DNA from: a bacterium
Lineage (GTDB): Bacteria; Bacillota; Clostridia; Lachnospirales; Lachnospiraceae
DNA length: 64,000 bases
Assembly: GCA_023667365.1 (NCBI GenBank)
Contig: JAMPAG010000003.1
Coordinates: 16,384-80,383 of the forward strand
Direction: 5' to 3'
Under the pieces are notes generated by a model. That model had not been told where the DNA came from. It was given only the letters and a program-made list of their open reading frames with translations, and ran no database searches. Each line of letters begins with the position of its first letter. The stretch's first letter is position 1. Of the stretch, positions 7,895 through 16,967 are shown piece by piece. The position numbers and the translations under genes are program-made.

Positions 7895-8943
7895 CCTTCC
7901 GCCTTCAACTGCTCTACGATATTCTTTACTTCTTGTGCTTTATCTTTATGGCAGACCAGGATCGCGTCATCCGCCTCGACGATGATGAGGTCCTCCACGC
8001 CGAGCGCCGCGATCAGCTTGCTCTTTGCATAAGAGATACAATTCTTCGTATCCAGATGCACCTGTTCGCCGTAAATGATATTCCCGTCCTCGTCCGGCTC
8101 GTACAGCGCCTGCAGCGCATCCCAGCTTCCGACGTCATTCCACCCGAACTCACCGATCAGCACGAGCACCTTATCTGCACGCTCCATAATCCCGTAATCG
8201 ATGGAGATTTTCGGGATTGTCGGATAAACCGCCTCCAGCACCTCCCGCTCGCGCGGCGTATTCATCGCCCTGCCGATCTGCTCCAGCTTTTCATAAATAT
8301 CCGGCAGCAGCCGTTTGAAATAAGCAAGAATCGTCGATGCCTTCCACACGAACATGCCGCTGTTCCACAAAAAACTCCCGCTCTTCACATACGCCTTCGC
8401 CGTACGAATATCCGGCTTTTCCACGAAATCCACCACATCATAATACTCGCGGTGTTTTCCCGCCTTATATTGAATGTACCCGTATCCGGTCGAGGCAAAC
8501 GCCGGCTTAATGCCGATCGTCACAAGCCTGCCCGTTTTCTCCGCGGTTGCCACCGCCCGTTTCATGACTTTTGTATACGCCTGCGGCTGCTTGATATAAT
8601 GATCGGACGGCAGGATGCACATAATGCCGTCCCCATGCTTTTTCATGATCTGCATTGCCGCATAACCAATACATGCCGATGTATTGCGCGCCGCCGGTTC
8701 GGACAAAATATGCGTCTCATCCAGACGCCCCGCCGTCGCCTCCAGCATTTTCGGCGTCTGCGACACGTTCGTCACAACATAAATATTCTGTTTATCTACA
8801 AACTCCGCAAGCCTGTCCACGGTTTCGTTTACCATGAGATCCGAGCCTGTCAGGTTTAGGAACTGCTTCGGCAGATCCTGTCTTGAAAGCGGCCAGAACC
8901 GCGTACCGCCGCCGCCTGCAAGAATCACTCCGAACGTATTCAT
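7876..8943 (-). CDS. manC: Mannose-1-phosphate guanylyltransferase
   Basis: Start at MNTFGVILAGGGGTRFWPLSRQDLPKQFLNL (ATG 8943, AAGGAG RBS). Nucleotidyl-transferase G-rich loop. About 355 aa with no PMI domain. Confidence 0.9.
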   Translation of the reverse strand: MNTFGVILAGGGGTRFWPLSRQDLPKQFLNLTGSDLMVNETVDRLAEFVDKQNIYVVTNVSQTPKMLEATAGRLDETHILSEPAARNTSACIGYAAMQIMKKHGDGIMCILPSDHYIKQPQAYTKVMKRAVATAEKTGRLVTIGIKPAFASTGYGYIQYKAGKHREYYDVVDFVEKPDIRTAKAYVKSGSFLWNSGMFVWKASTILAYFKRLLPDIYEKLEQIGRAMNTPREREVLEAVYPTIPKISIDYGIMERADKVLVLIGEFGWNDVGSWDALQALYEPDEDGNIIYGEQVHLDTKNCISYAKSKLIAALGVEDLIIVEADDAILVCHKDKAQEVKNIVEQLKAEGKEQYL

Positions 8944-9050
8944 CCGATTCCTACTCCTTATTTTATCACATATTCCGCCCCCCTTCAAGAAGGGTGCCGC
9001 GAAACTTTACACGGAAAAAGCCTCCCGCGGCTTCTTCAAAGAATGGCTTA

Positions 9051-9089
9051 GTTTCTCTTAGACCGTGTATGTTACAGTCTTAGAGAACC
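9051..9089 (-). repeat. 39-nt palindromic element P2 (15-9-15) overlapping the fcl stop codon
   Basis: GTTTCTCTTAGACCG TGTATGTTA CAGTCTTAGAGAACC. Same architecture and the same conserved TCTTAG/CTTAGA cores as P1 and P3. Confidence 0.8.
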
Positions 9090-10022
9090 TCCATTCTCTA
9101 CATTCTCGCAAAACCACGCGTACGCTTTGGCGACGCCTTCCTCAAGTTCCACTTTATGCGTCCAGCCCAGGCCGTGCAGCTTCGTCACATCCGTCAGCTT
9201 TCTCGGCGTTCCGTCCGGCATTTCGGTATTCCAGACGATCTCGCCCTCAAAGCCCACTGTTTTTTTGACAAGCTCCGCAAGCGCCCGGATCGTCAGCTCC
9301 TTACCTGTTCCGATATTCACATGCTGCTCCCCGCTGTAATTTTCCAGCAGGAACACACAGGCATCCGCCATATCGTCCACATACAAAAACTCCCTGAGCG
9401 GCGTTCCCGTTCCCCACAGCTCTACGGTCGGTCTGCCCTCCGCTTTTGCCTCATGAAATTTGCGGATCATTGCCGGCATGACATGGGAACCTGAAAGATC
9501 GTAATTATCATACGGGCCGTACAGGTTTGTCGGCATACAGGAAATAAAGTCATCCCCATACTGCCGCTTATAAAATTTGCACATCTCAAGGCCGGCGATC
9601 TTTGCAACAGCATACGCCTCGTTTGTCTCCTCCAGCGGTCCGGTCAGCAGCGCGTCCTCCGGGATCGGCTGCGGCGCCATCCTCGGATAAATACAGGTAC
9701 TGCCAAGAAACAGCAGTTTCTTCACACGATACTCATGGGCGCTCTGAATGACATTGCACTGAATCTGCATGTTGCTATAGGCAAACTCCGCCGGTTTCGT
9801 ATTGTTGGCGTTGATGCCGCCGACCTTCGCCGCCGCCAGAACCACGATGTCCGGGCGTTCCTTTTCAAAGAACGCCCGCACTGCCGCCTGATCGCAGAGA
9901 TCAAGTTCTGCATGCGTCCTTCCGATCACGTTCGTATACCCTTTTCCCTGCAGGCTGCGCACGATCGCGCTCCCGACCAGACCGCGGTGTCCCGCCACAT
10001 AAATCTTATCCGTCTTTTCCAT
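9072..10022 (-). CDS. fcl: GDP-L-fucose synthase (GDP-4-keto-6-deoxymannose 3,5-epimerase/4-reductase)
   Basis: MEKTDKIYVAGHRGLVGSAIVRSL..., YAVAKIAG (YxxxK), GTPLREFLYVDD. GGAGG lies 6 nt upstream of ATG 10022. The last codons (GSLRL*) are encoded by palindrome 9051-9089. Confidence 0.9.
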   Translation of the reverse strand: MEKTDKIYVAGHRGLVGSAIVRSLQGKGYTNVIGRTHAELDLCDQAAVRAFFEKERPDIVVLAAAKVGGINANNTKPAEFAYSNMQIQCNVIQSAHEYRVKKLLFLGSTCIYPRMAPQPIPEDALLTGPLEETNEAYAVAKIAGLEMCKFYKRQYGDDFISCMPTNLYGPYDNYDLSGSHVMPAMIRKFHEAKAEGRPTVELWGTGTPLREFLYVDDMADACVFLLENYSGEQHVNIGTGKELTIRALAELVKKTVGFEGEIVWNTEMPDGTPRKLTDVTKLHGLGWTHKVELEEGVAKAYAWFCENVENGGSLRL

Positions 10023-10116
10023 TTTCATCCTCCATGCCCGCAAAAACCTGCGCACGATCTTTTCCTATCGTTCCGGTCAGCCTGCGCATTCGTACTTCCG
10101 CATATGCAAAATTTCA

Positions 10117-10155
10117 GAAATTCTTAGTCCGTGTTTTCTGCGGACTTAGAATTTC
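10117..10155 (-). repeat. 39-nt palindromic element P1 (15-9-15) overlapping the gmd stop codon
   Basis: GAAATTCTTAGTCCG TGTTTTCTG CGGACTTAGAATTTC. 14 of 15 positions pair, with one central T-T mismatch. Confidence 0.85.
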
Positions 10156-11209
10156 TCTTCACGCTTTCACAGCTCATACCCGCAATCGCTTTCATATCCG
10201 CGTCCATCATCATCTTGACAAGCGCTTTGAAATCCACTTTGCGTTTCCATCCGAGTTCTTTTTCCGCCTTCTCACAGTTCCCCCAAAGAAACTCCACTTC
10301 CGCCGGACGGTAAAATTCCGGATTCACATCCACATAGAGCCTGCCGGTCTCCGCGTCGTATCCCTTCTCGTTCACGCCCTCACCCTCCCAGCGGATTGTG
10401 ATACCGAGATTGGCAAACGCCTCCTCGACAAATTCCCGTACCGTATGCGTCTCATTCGTCGCCAGCACATAATCCCCGCATTTATCCTGCTGGAGCATGA
10501 GCCACATACCCTCGACGTAATCGCCTGCAAACCCCCAGTCGCGCTTGGCGTTCATATTGCCGAGAGACAGCTTTTCCTGTTTTCCCGCCATGATATTTGC
10601 CAGCGCGAGTGTGATCTTTCTCGTCACAAAATTCTCTCCGCGCCGCGGCGACTCATGATTGAAGAGGATCCCGTTGCAGGTAAACATATTGTAGGATTCC
10701 CGGTAATTAACCGTGATCCAGTACGAATACAGCTTTGCCACACCGTACGGGCTTTTCGGATAAAAAGGCGTTTTCTCACTCTGCGGCGCCGTCTCCGGAA
10801 TGCCGCCGAACAGCTCGGAGGTGGACGCCTGATAATAGCGGCAGTTGCCGCCGTTGACGCGAATCGCCTCCAACAGCTTTAACGTGCTTGTCCCCGTCGC
10901 GTCCGCCGTATATTCCGGCACCTCGAAGGACACGCCGACATGGGACTGCGCCGCGAGATTATATACCTCCGTCGGACGAATCTCACCGATCAGCCGCATC
11001 AGATTGCTGGAATCGGTCGTATCCGCAAAATGTAAGAAAAATTTGATCTTATAATATTGGGAATGAATCAGATGATCGATACGCGCCGTGTTGGAAATAC
11101 TGTGTCTGCGGATCAATCCGTGCACCTCGTAGCCTTTTCCTAACAGAAATTCCGCCAGATAAGAACCGTCCTGCCCCGTAATACCTGTGATCAATGCGAT
11201 ATTGCTCAT
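10124..11209 (-). CDS. gmd: GDP-mannose 4,6-dehydratase
   Basis: [35 protein letters not shown]..., [36 protein letters not shown]. The C-terminal tail (...[10 protein letters not shown]) is encoded by palindrome 10117-10155. Confidence 0.93.
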   Translation of the reverse strand: MSNIALITGITGQDGSYLAEFLLGKGYEVHGLIRRHSISNTARIDHLIHSQYYKIKFFLHFADTTDSSNLMRLIGEIRPTEVYNLAAQSHVGVSFEVPEYTADATGTSTLKLLEAIRVNGGNCRYYQASTSELFGGIPETAPQSEKTPFYPKSPYGVAKLYSYWITVNYRESYNMFTCNGILFNHESPRRGENFVTRKITLALANIMAGKQEKLSLGNMNAKRDWGFAGDYVEGMWLMLQQDKCGDYVLATNETHTVREFVEEAFANLGITIRWEGEGVNEKGYDAETGRLYVDVNPEFYRPAEVEFLWGNCEKAEKELGWKRKVDFKALVKMMMDADMKAIAGMSCESVKRNSKSAENTD

Positions 11210-11422
11210 ACTGTGAGCCCTCCTCATTCTATTTATGTTGGATAAAAAAATAATCTGATTTTGCGATTTCTTTTCAGAGTATACTATTGTATAATAATGG
11301 TATCAACCTATATTATTGCGAAAAAATTGTATTTTATTGCTATTTATACAAAAAAAAACGCGCGTCTGCTTTCCAACACTGCGCAGAGCAGAGAGCGCCG
11401 CCCCCCGAAAGAAGGCTTTCCC

Positions 11423-12259
11423 ATGGCAAAAACACAGTCCGAACGCGTCCTCGTCACCCCCTCCGCCTATGCAAAAGAGCATTACCTCTATGTGCAGGAG
11501 GTCGGCTCCCTGCAAAGCTTAGAACCCCATATCAGCAGCCGCAAAAACTTAAATTCCTATCTTTTTTTTGTCGTTTTAAGCGGACGCGGCACGCTGACCT
11601 ACCGGAACCAGACACAGGACTTAAAAAGCGGCGACTGCGCTTTTTTGGACTGCCGCAGTCCTTACGCGCACGAAAGCTCCGAAACGGAGCCGTGGCGTTT
11701 AACGTGGGTGCATTTTAACGGCGCGGACGCCGCACATTTTTACGAATCCTACGAAGAACAGGGGCGCGCTTTTTATTTCCGCCCTGTTAGTATACTTCCG
11801 TTTGTGGAAACTATCAGTCAATTATATGAGATCAGCCGCGACCGCACGTTCCTGAACGAGCTGAACGCCCATTGTCTTTTGACGGAGCTGGTCGCGCAGA
11901 TTTATTCGTGGCAGAACGAAACATCCGACACCGTACCCGCCAAGCTGCAGCAGATCCATGAATATATCCGGCTTCATTATGCCGAAAAGATCACGCTCGA
12001 CCTGCTGTCAGATTTGTTTTTTATCAGCAAATACCATATGTCGCGCGAATACCGGCAGGCATACGGCACAACGCTCGTCAGCGACATTGCGCAGCGGCGC
12101 ATTGCGCACGCCAAATCCGCGCTCCGCTTTTCCGAGCTGCCCGTCGAATCCGTCGCCGAGGAATCCGGATTTCCCGACTGCGCCTACTTTATCCACGTTT
12201 TCAAACGCGCCGAGGGCATGACGCCCCTGCAATACCGCAAAAAGTGGAGAAGCCTGTGA
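11423..12259 (+). CDS. AraC-family transcriptional regulator (cupin sensor + HTH), divergent from gmd
   Basis: Start chosen at MAKTQSERV (ATG 11423). N-terminal AraC-binding-like cupin (YLYVQEVGSLQ...WRLTWVHFNG). C-terminal HTH_AraC (LDLLSDLFFISKYHMSREYRQAYGTTLVSDIAQRRIAHAKSAL...GFPDCAYFIHVFKRAEGMTPLQYRK). Confidence 0.85.
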   Translation: MAKTQSERVLVTPSAYAKEHYLYVQEVGSLQSLEPHISSRKNLNSYLFFVVLSGRGTLTYRNQTQDLKSGDCAFLDCRSPYAHESSETEPWRLTWVHFNGADAAHFYESYEEQGRAFYFRPVSILPFVETISQLYEISRDRTFLNELNAHCLLTELVAQIYSWQNETSDTVPAKLQQIHEYIRLHYAEKITLDLLSDLFFISKYHMSREYRQAYGTTLVSDIAQRRIAHAKSALRFSELPVESVAEESGFPDCAYFIHVFKRAEGMTPLQYRKKWRSL

Positions 12260-12309
12260 ATCTGTCCGCGGCAGGCGGCCGCACGCAATACCGCAGAAAG
12301 CGGAAGCGT

Positions 12310-13410
12310 CTATGAGCGCCCGCGCTTCCGCAGACGACCCGACAGTTTCCGCAGCAGACATCCCAGCAGCCGCTCCAGCATCTTCAGGAGGACAGCGGCT
12401 GCAGTCGAGACTGCAAGCGCCGCCAAATACCCCAACAAATCCAGTCCAACATAAGATTTGACAAAAAAACATGCTTTTTCATACACAAATCCGTGTACCA
12501 GCCAGATATAGGTTGACTGCCCGCCCCACCACGCAAAAAGCGTCTCTAACGGTCTCACATAAGAGCACACCGTCAACAACCCGTAAGTCAGAAGCGGCGT
12601 CCATAGAAAATCCGTTCTTCCATAGGCGGGATCTTCCGCCAGCGCAACCCGCAATGTGATGACGACCGCGATCAGCACGATGGACAGACCAAGCGGCGCC
12701 CAGCGGTTTACCCTTTTTAACAGGCGGTCCGCCCTCTGATACACGCGGTAACGCGCCGCCAGATACCCCACCACAAAGATCAGTAGAAAAGAAACTCTGA
12801 GGCCGCGCCGGATGGCGGACAGCCACTCCCACAACGCGGGCTGCCACAGCGCGCCTGCCAGAACAACGGCCGCTCCTGCTGCCGCAAGGGAAGCATAAAA
12901 CAGCCGTTTCTTTTTTGTCTCCTCCCGTTTCTCAAACCGTGTCAACAGCAAATCCAGAAGCGGCAGCACCAAAAGCATCTTGGCATATTGTTCCACATAC
13001 CACCACGCCGCGTTATAAGTCGGCTGAAACGCCGTAAAATTTCCCCAGAACAGCGCCGGTGTGAACGGTCTTTTCAAAATGCCGAAAAAGCATACCATGA
13101 AGATCGTAAGCACAAGCCATAATTTTCCGTACAGTTTCAGTATCCGGCGCAGCACACGGCGGTACTCGTTACCCATTCTTCCAAAGAAACGCTCCCGCGG
13201 CTGCCTCTCCATCTCATAATACAGCCCGTACCCGCTGACAAACGCAAAAATCCCCACGCAGATTTTGCAGAACCATGCAATCCGCCTCGCTGCATCCGGC
13301 TGCATGAACGGGAGATACGACGTATATTCCGCTGCATACGAATACAAATGATGATACAGCAGCATCCAGACCGCCACACCCTGCATGAACGCCGACTGCT
13401 TCTTTGTCAT
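12310..13410 (-). CDS. Membrane O-acyltransferase (acyltransferase family 3, OafA/WecH-like)
   Basis: MTKKQSAFMQGVAVWMLLYHHLY..., about 10 TM segments, typical family-3 N-terminal motif. GGAGAA RBS at ATG 13410. Confidence 0.75.
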   Translation of the reverse strand: MTKKQSAFMQGVAVWMLLYHHLYSYAAEYTSYLPFMQPDAARRIAWFCKICVGIFAFVSGYGLYYEMERQPRERFFGRMGNEYRRVLRRILKLYGKLWLVLTIFMVCFFGILKRPFTPALFWGNFTAFQPTYNAAWWYVEQYAKMLLVLPLLDLLLTRFEKREETKKKRLFYASLAAAGAAVVLAGALWQPALWEWLSAIRRGLRVSFLLIFVVGYLAARYRVYQRADRLLKRVNRWAPLGLSIVLIAVVITLRVALAEDPAYGRTDFLWTPLLTYGLLTVCSYVRPLETLFAWWGGQSTYIWLVHGFVYEKACFFVKSYVGLDLLGYLAALAVSTAAAVLLKMLERLLGCLLRKLSGRLRKRGRS

Positions 13411-13441
13411 TCCGTTCTCCACATACCGCTCCTTTCGATCA

Positions 13442-13516
13442 GATCAGACAGAGGCATTTGCGAAACGCATTCTATAGGCTGCGCGATTGTGTTCCGCAAA
13501 TGCCTAAGATCAGACA
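13442..13516. mobile_element. MITE-like unit: 11-bp perfect terminal inverted repeats flanked by 9-bp direct repeats
   Basis: GATCAGACA g AGGCATTTGCG (32 nt) CGCAAATGCCT aa GATCAGACA, in the gap between the GtrII-like gene and the acyltransferase gene. Confidence 0.4.
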
Positions 13517-13538
13517 CCCGAATCTCATCCTGCCAATT

Positions 13539-15110
13539 TCAAAATTCACTCAGCTTAACGACCACAAAATCCTCCGTCTCTACAACGGACGCCGCCGCCG
13601 GCCAGCAGTCTATACCCGCGCTGAGAACCTCCGCTTCCGCCGTCTGCTCCACGGTCGGCGTCTCATAAGAAAAACCAAGCGTCTCAAAATATCCCAAAAT
13701 TCTGCCGGTGTTATAATAATTCGGCGTCTCAATGGGAACACCGTCCACAAACGCATATTCAAAAAGTGAATAAGAAAGAAACGATGCGGCCTCCTCTTTC
13801 GTGTAACACGAGCCGTTTCCCTTCGCATCCAGATGCCCCGTAAAGACGACCGGTTTTGTGCGTGCGGTATCGCTTAACGTGTCGATCCGGTTCATGATCT
13901 GCTGCGCCGTGATCCGGTCGGCGTCCCGCACCACATCCTGCGTATAAAACATCCGCATCAGCACGGACGCTTGGAAAAAGAGCAGGACATAGCCGCAGAG
14001 TATCCACAACTGCCGGCATACTTTTCTGCCGGGCAGATGCATCTGCAAAAAGCGGACCACAAACAGCCACATCGAAGCGCATACGAACGGCAGCATACAC
14101 TGCGCGCGGTATATCGTCGGCGTTCCCGTCACAATCGCAAGAAAAAACGGGGACGCCAGAACCGCGCCGACGCCGCAGAGCGCCGGAACACGATACTGCT
14201 TTTTTATGAAGAAATAAATCAAAACGCCCAAGCCCGCCACAGCGCACACGGCATAGGTAAGCGGGTAGAAAACATCGGTCGCAAGAAGAACATGTTTCCC
14301 ATATGCGAGCAGATTGCGGATGGTGCGTGCAAGATCGCCCGAAAACCAGCCGATCTGATCCGACAGATATGTCGTATTATTAAAAAACAGATTGGCAATG
14401 AGCTCATAGACTGCAAAGCCGATGAAAAAATGAAGCATCGACCACAGCACCTGCTTTTTCCGCTCCGCCGCCGTCTTTTGTTCCATGCAAAACAGATAAA
14501 GCACCAGATAAAAGCAAATCTGGAGATTGACCATGGACTGATAAATGCCAAAGGAAAAAATATCCATAACGACCGCAAGCGCAAACACCGCGGGATCCTT
14601 CTTTTCCAAAAAAAGAAGAAAATACCCGGACGCCGCCACGATCAGCAAGATCGCAAGCACGATCTCAAACGACTGGAAGCGGAACATATACTGATCCGCA
14701 TAGGTGGGGAAGATCAAAAACAGGCAGACAAAAACGAGGCTCACGGCATCGCTTTTCCCGCAGCCAAGCCTGGAAAACAGGCAGCAGCAGCACATTCCCG
14801 CCATCCACATCGTGATCAGAAACAGCGCCGCCGCCAGATACGGATTATACCAATGCATCCCCGTCAGACATTTGACCGCGATCAATCCGAATCTGCCGAT
14901 TCCGCCCCAGTTATAAAACGTGCGCGGGTAGTTCAGAATGACTTCCGCATCCACATAGAAGTCATTCGAATATGCCGCTTTCCCATAAACAAGCAGCAGC
15001 AAGGCGAATACCGCCGCGCTCAAAATCCTGTGTTCCCTGATATATAACGCGAACGCTTGAAACGGTACTGCTAAATTCTGTAACATTTTTTTCGTTTGAT
15101 TTTTATTCAT
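13539..15110 (-). CDS. Large polytopic membrane protein, GtrII-type (Glucos_trans_II-like) glycosyltransferase candidate
   Basis: YSNDFYVDAEVILNYPRTFYNWGGIGRFGLIAVK near the N-terminus resembles the GtrII family signature. About 12 TM segments plus a C-terminal extracytoplasmic domain. Start set at MNKNQ (15110) because the upstream ATG at 15176 lies in the 3' arm of terminator hairpin 15168-15207. The start is uncertain. Confidence 0.55.
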   Translation of the reverse strand: MNKNQTKKMLQNLAVPFQAFALYIREHRILSAAVFALLLLVYGKAAYSNDFYVDAEVILNYPRTFYNWGGIGRFGLIAVKCLTGMHWYNPYLAAALFLITMWMAGMCCCCLFSRLGCGKSDAVSLVFVCLFLIFPTYADQYMFRFQSFEIVLAILLIVAASGYFLLFLEKKDPAVFALAVVMDIFSFGIYQSMVNLQICFYLVLYLFCMEQKTAAERKKQVLWSMLHFFIGFAVYELIANLFFNNTTYLSDQIGWFSGDLARTIRNLLAYGKHVLLATDVFYPLTYAVCAVAGLGVLIYFFIKKQYRVPALCGVGAVLASPFFLAIVTGTPTIYRAQCMLPFVCASMWLFVVRFLQMHLPGRKVCRQLWILCGYVLLFFQASVLMRMFYTQDVVRDADRITAQQIMNRIDTLSDTARTKPVVFTGHLDAKGNGSCYTKEEAASFLSYSLFEYAFVDGVPIETPNYYNTGRILGYFETLGFSYETPTVEQTAEAEVLSAGIDCWPAAASVVETEDFVVVKLSEF

Positions 15111-15167
15111 ATCCCTATCCCGGATTTTCTGAGGAAACGCTTTGATTGGCATTTCCTCTGATTCAAG

Positions 15168-15207
15168 AAAATCCATACCACCGCCCGAAAACGATGGTAT
15201 GGATTTT
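15168..15207 (-). terminator. Intrinsic terminator after the secreted GH-like gene
   Basis: 13-bp perfect stem AAAATCCATACCA / TGGTATGGATTTT with a 14-nt loop, followed by CTT. It contains the ATG at 15176. Confidence 0.55.
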
Positions 15208-15246
15208 GAAAGTTATGATTTAAGTTTGACAAATGATCACACCGGA

Positions 15247-16827
15247 TCACTGTAATCCCAGCTGTGACCAACTGGACACACCGACGAACGGCGCGTATTG
15301 ATTGAGGCTGTCGCGGTCTACCATTTTATATACGGTATAGGCAGGCTTCGGCGTACCGTCGCTGTTCATCAGACCGTTCGCAAGTCCCTGCGCCACCTCT
15401 TCCGGAATATCAAGCATTGCACTGTACAATACCATCTTAATATACGGATTTGCCGCGATCAGCTTATAGGAATAAGCAATTGCCGCCGCCTGGATGTTCG
15501 CATCGTTTCCCGCACCCGCAGAGCTGAAGCCCAGCTCGGAAATAATGATGTTTCTGACAGCGCCCGTACGCGTCAGATACTGCGGCTGCTGGAAGTAATC
15601 CGTTACCACATTCATATTGAGCGGTGTAATCATCCTGGTATTGACCGAATTCGTAGCCAGTCCGCTGTACGCACGCGAAGTCGTCCAGAAGCTCGAATCC
15701 GTCAGAGGAACCGAATAAGGATGGAAGGAAAGACCCCAGTCAATATTTCCCGTTCTTAAAATTTCTGCATTAAAATTGTCAATAACAGGCTTTCCGCCAT
15801 AGGAGCTTCCGCCGTCATTGTGCAGCCATCTCTGATCGGTACAGATATAAACGTTTGCCGCGCTGTTATGACTCTTGATCGCGTTATATGCCACACGGAA
15901 CTGTCTTGCATAGTCCGCCGCGAACACTTCCACCGGAACCTCGCCTGCATAATGCCAGGAGTCGCTGCTGTTGACCTCGTTGCCGATGACATAGCTCTGT
16001 ACGGAACCGAGCTTGCCGCCGCTGTAGCGGTTCGCAAGGAACGACATGAATGCCGCGAACTTCTCCTCGCCCGCCTGTGTCGTCACATTCACCGAATAAT
16101 AGTGCGGATTCTTGCCTGTCCCAACCGCACCGGGATGAACCATGTCCGCCGTTCCCGCAGAAAGGCTGTTGACAACCATCATGCATATATCCGCATTCTG
16201 CGCATTGTAAAGAGCGACGATCAAATCCAACTCCTGTACCGCCTGCGCATTAAAGGCATACGCCTTGCCGTTATAAACATAATTGATACCGCCGCCGTTA
16301 AAGAAGTTCGCCGTATCAACCGTCGTTCCCGCATATCCCACGCCGAGATCGGAAAGGGTATGCGCATACGGCCAGTATGCCGTAATTCCCTTCTTATTGC
16401 CGGTCGCCTCGGAAATGCTGACTGTCGCTTGGGTCGCTACAGCCTCCGGGTTAAGAATATACATCTCATTACTTACCTGAACAAAAGAGGCGCCGCTCTT
16501 AACGGTCACAACAAATCTGGAATACAGTTTCGATGCGGCCGTGTCCAGATTTAAGGGTGTGGTAAAGACCACTCCGCCCGTAACCGGCACGCCGACCGCG
16601 CAATAATCCTGTCTTGCGCCGACCCCGGTCTCGTAAGGCTGTAATGCAAATAAGTAATACTGTCCGTCATCACCTGCTGCACTTCCGGTCGCAGCCACCT
16701 TCACCTGATCGCCTTCGATATAGCACAGTTGGATCGAAACGGTCGCCGCAGCAGCAGATACCGGCAGATGCAGCATCATGACCGCGACAAGCGCAACGAG
16801 CAGGCTGAGTCCCCATTTCTTTTTCAT
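15247..16827 (-). CDS. Secreted TIM-barrel glycoside-hydrolase-like protein (DUF5722-like)
   Basis: Signal peptide MKKKWGLSLLVALVAVMMLHLPVSAAAA. IGNEVNSSDSWHY (NE acid/base-type motif) and WGLSFHPYS are typical of clan GH-A-like folds found in EPS loci. GGAGGG RBS. Confidence 0.5.
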   Translation of the reverse strand: MKKKWGLSLLVALVAVMMLHLPVSAAAATVSIQLCYIEGDQVKVAATGSAAGDDGQYYLFALQPYETGVGARQDYCAVGVPVTGGVVFTTPLNLDTAASKLYSRFVVTVKSGASFVQVSNEMYILNPEAVATQATVSISEATGNKKGITAYWPYAHTLSDLGVGYAGTTVDTANFFNGGGINYVYNGKAYAFNAQAVQELDLIVALYNAQNADICMMVVNSLSAGTADMVHPGAVGTGKNPHYYSVNVTTQAGEEKFAAFMSFLANRYSGGKLGSVQSYVIGNEVNSSDSWHYAGEVPVEVFAADYARQFRVAYNAIKSHNSAANVYICTDQRWLHNDGGSSYGGKPVIDNFNAEILRTGNIDWGLSFHPYSVPLTDSSFWTTSRAYSGLATNSVNTRMITPLNMNVVTDYFQQPQYLTRTGAVRNIIISELGFSSAGAGNDANIQAAAIAYSYKLIAANPYIKMVLYSAMLDIPEEVAQGLANGLMNSDGTPKPAYTVYKMVDRDSLNQYAPFVGVSSWSQLGLQ

Positions 16828-16893
16828 TCGCTTTCCCTCCATAGAAAATCATCATGTCACACTCCCGCTTTCCTTAGAAGCGAGAATATGAGA

Positions 16894-16922
16894 ATTATAG
16901 CAGATTCCTCTTTTATACGCAA
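16894..16922 (-). promoter_or_regulatory. Strong sigma-A-type promoter upstream of the secreted GH-like gene
   Basis: Minus strand TTGCGT-17 nt-(TGC)TATAAT. Confidence 0.55.
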
Positions 16923-16967
16923 TAGTTTTTTCCAAAACTTCCAGTTCTTTCCAGCGCTCTTTCCATG

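Noticed and set aside
7702-8859. Long plus-strand ORFs antisense to well-supported minus-strand genes. Examples: 7702-8859 (385 aa), 4907-5815, 10034-10882, 13971-15047, 16965-17777, 23964-24995, 49581-50300, 56260-57183, 33594-34316.
   Set aside because: Their translations are Arg/His/Leu/Pro-rich with no motifs, and they lack RBSs. Each lies opposite a gene with clear family signatures (manC, gmd, rnj, uvrB, glmM and others). These are typical shadow ORFs of GC-rich DNA.
11228-11422. Invertible (phase-variable) promoter controlling the glycan locus. Also considered for 7528-7875, 16843-16967 and 18387-18612.
   Set aside because: No long inverted repeats bracket these promoter regions, and no site-specific recombinase gene is present in the window.
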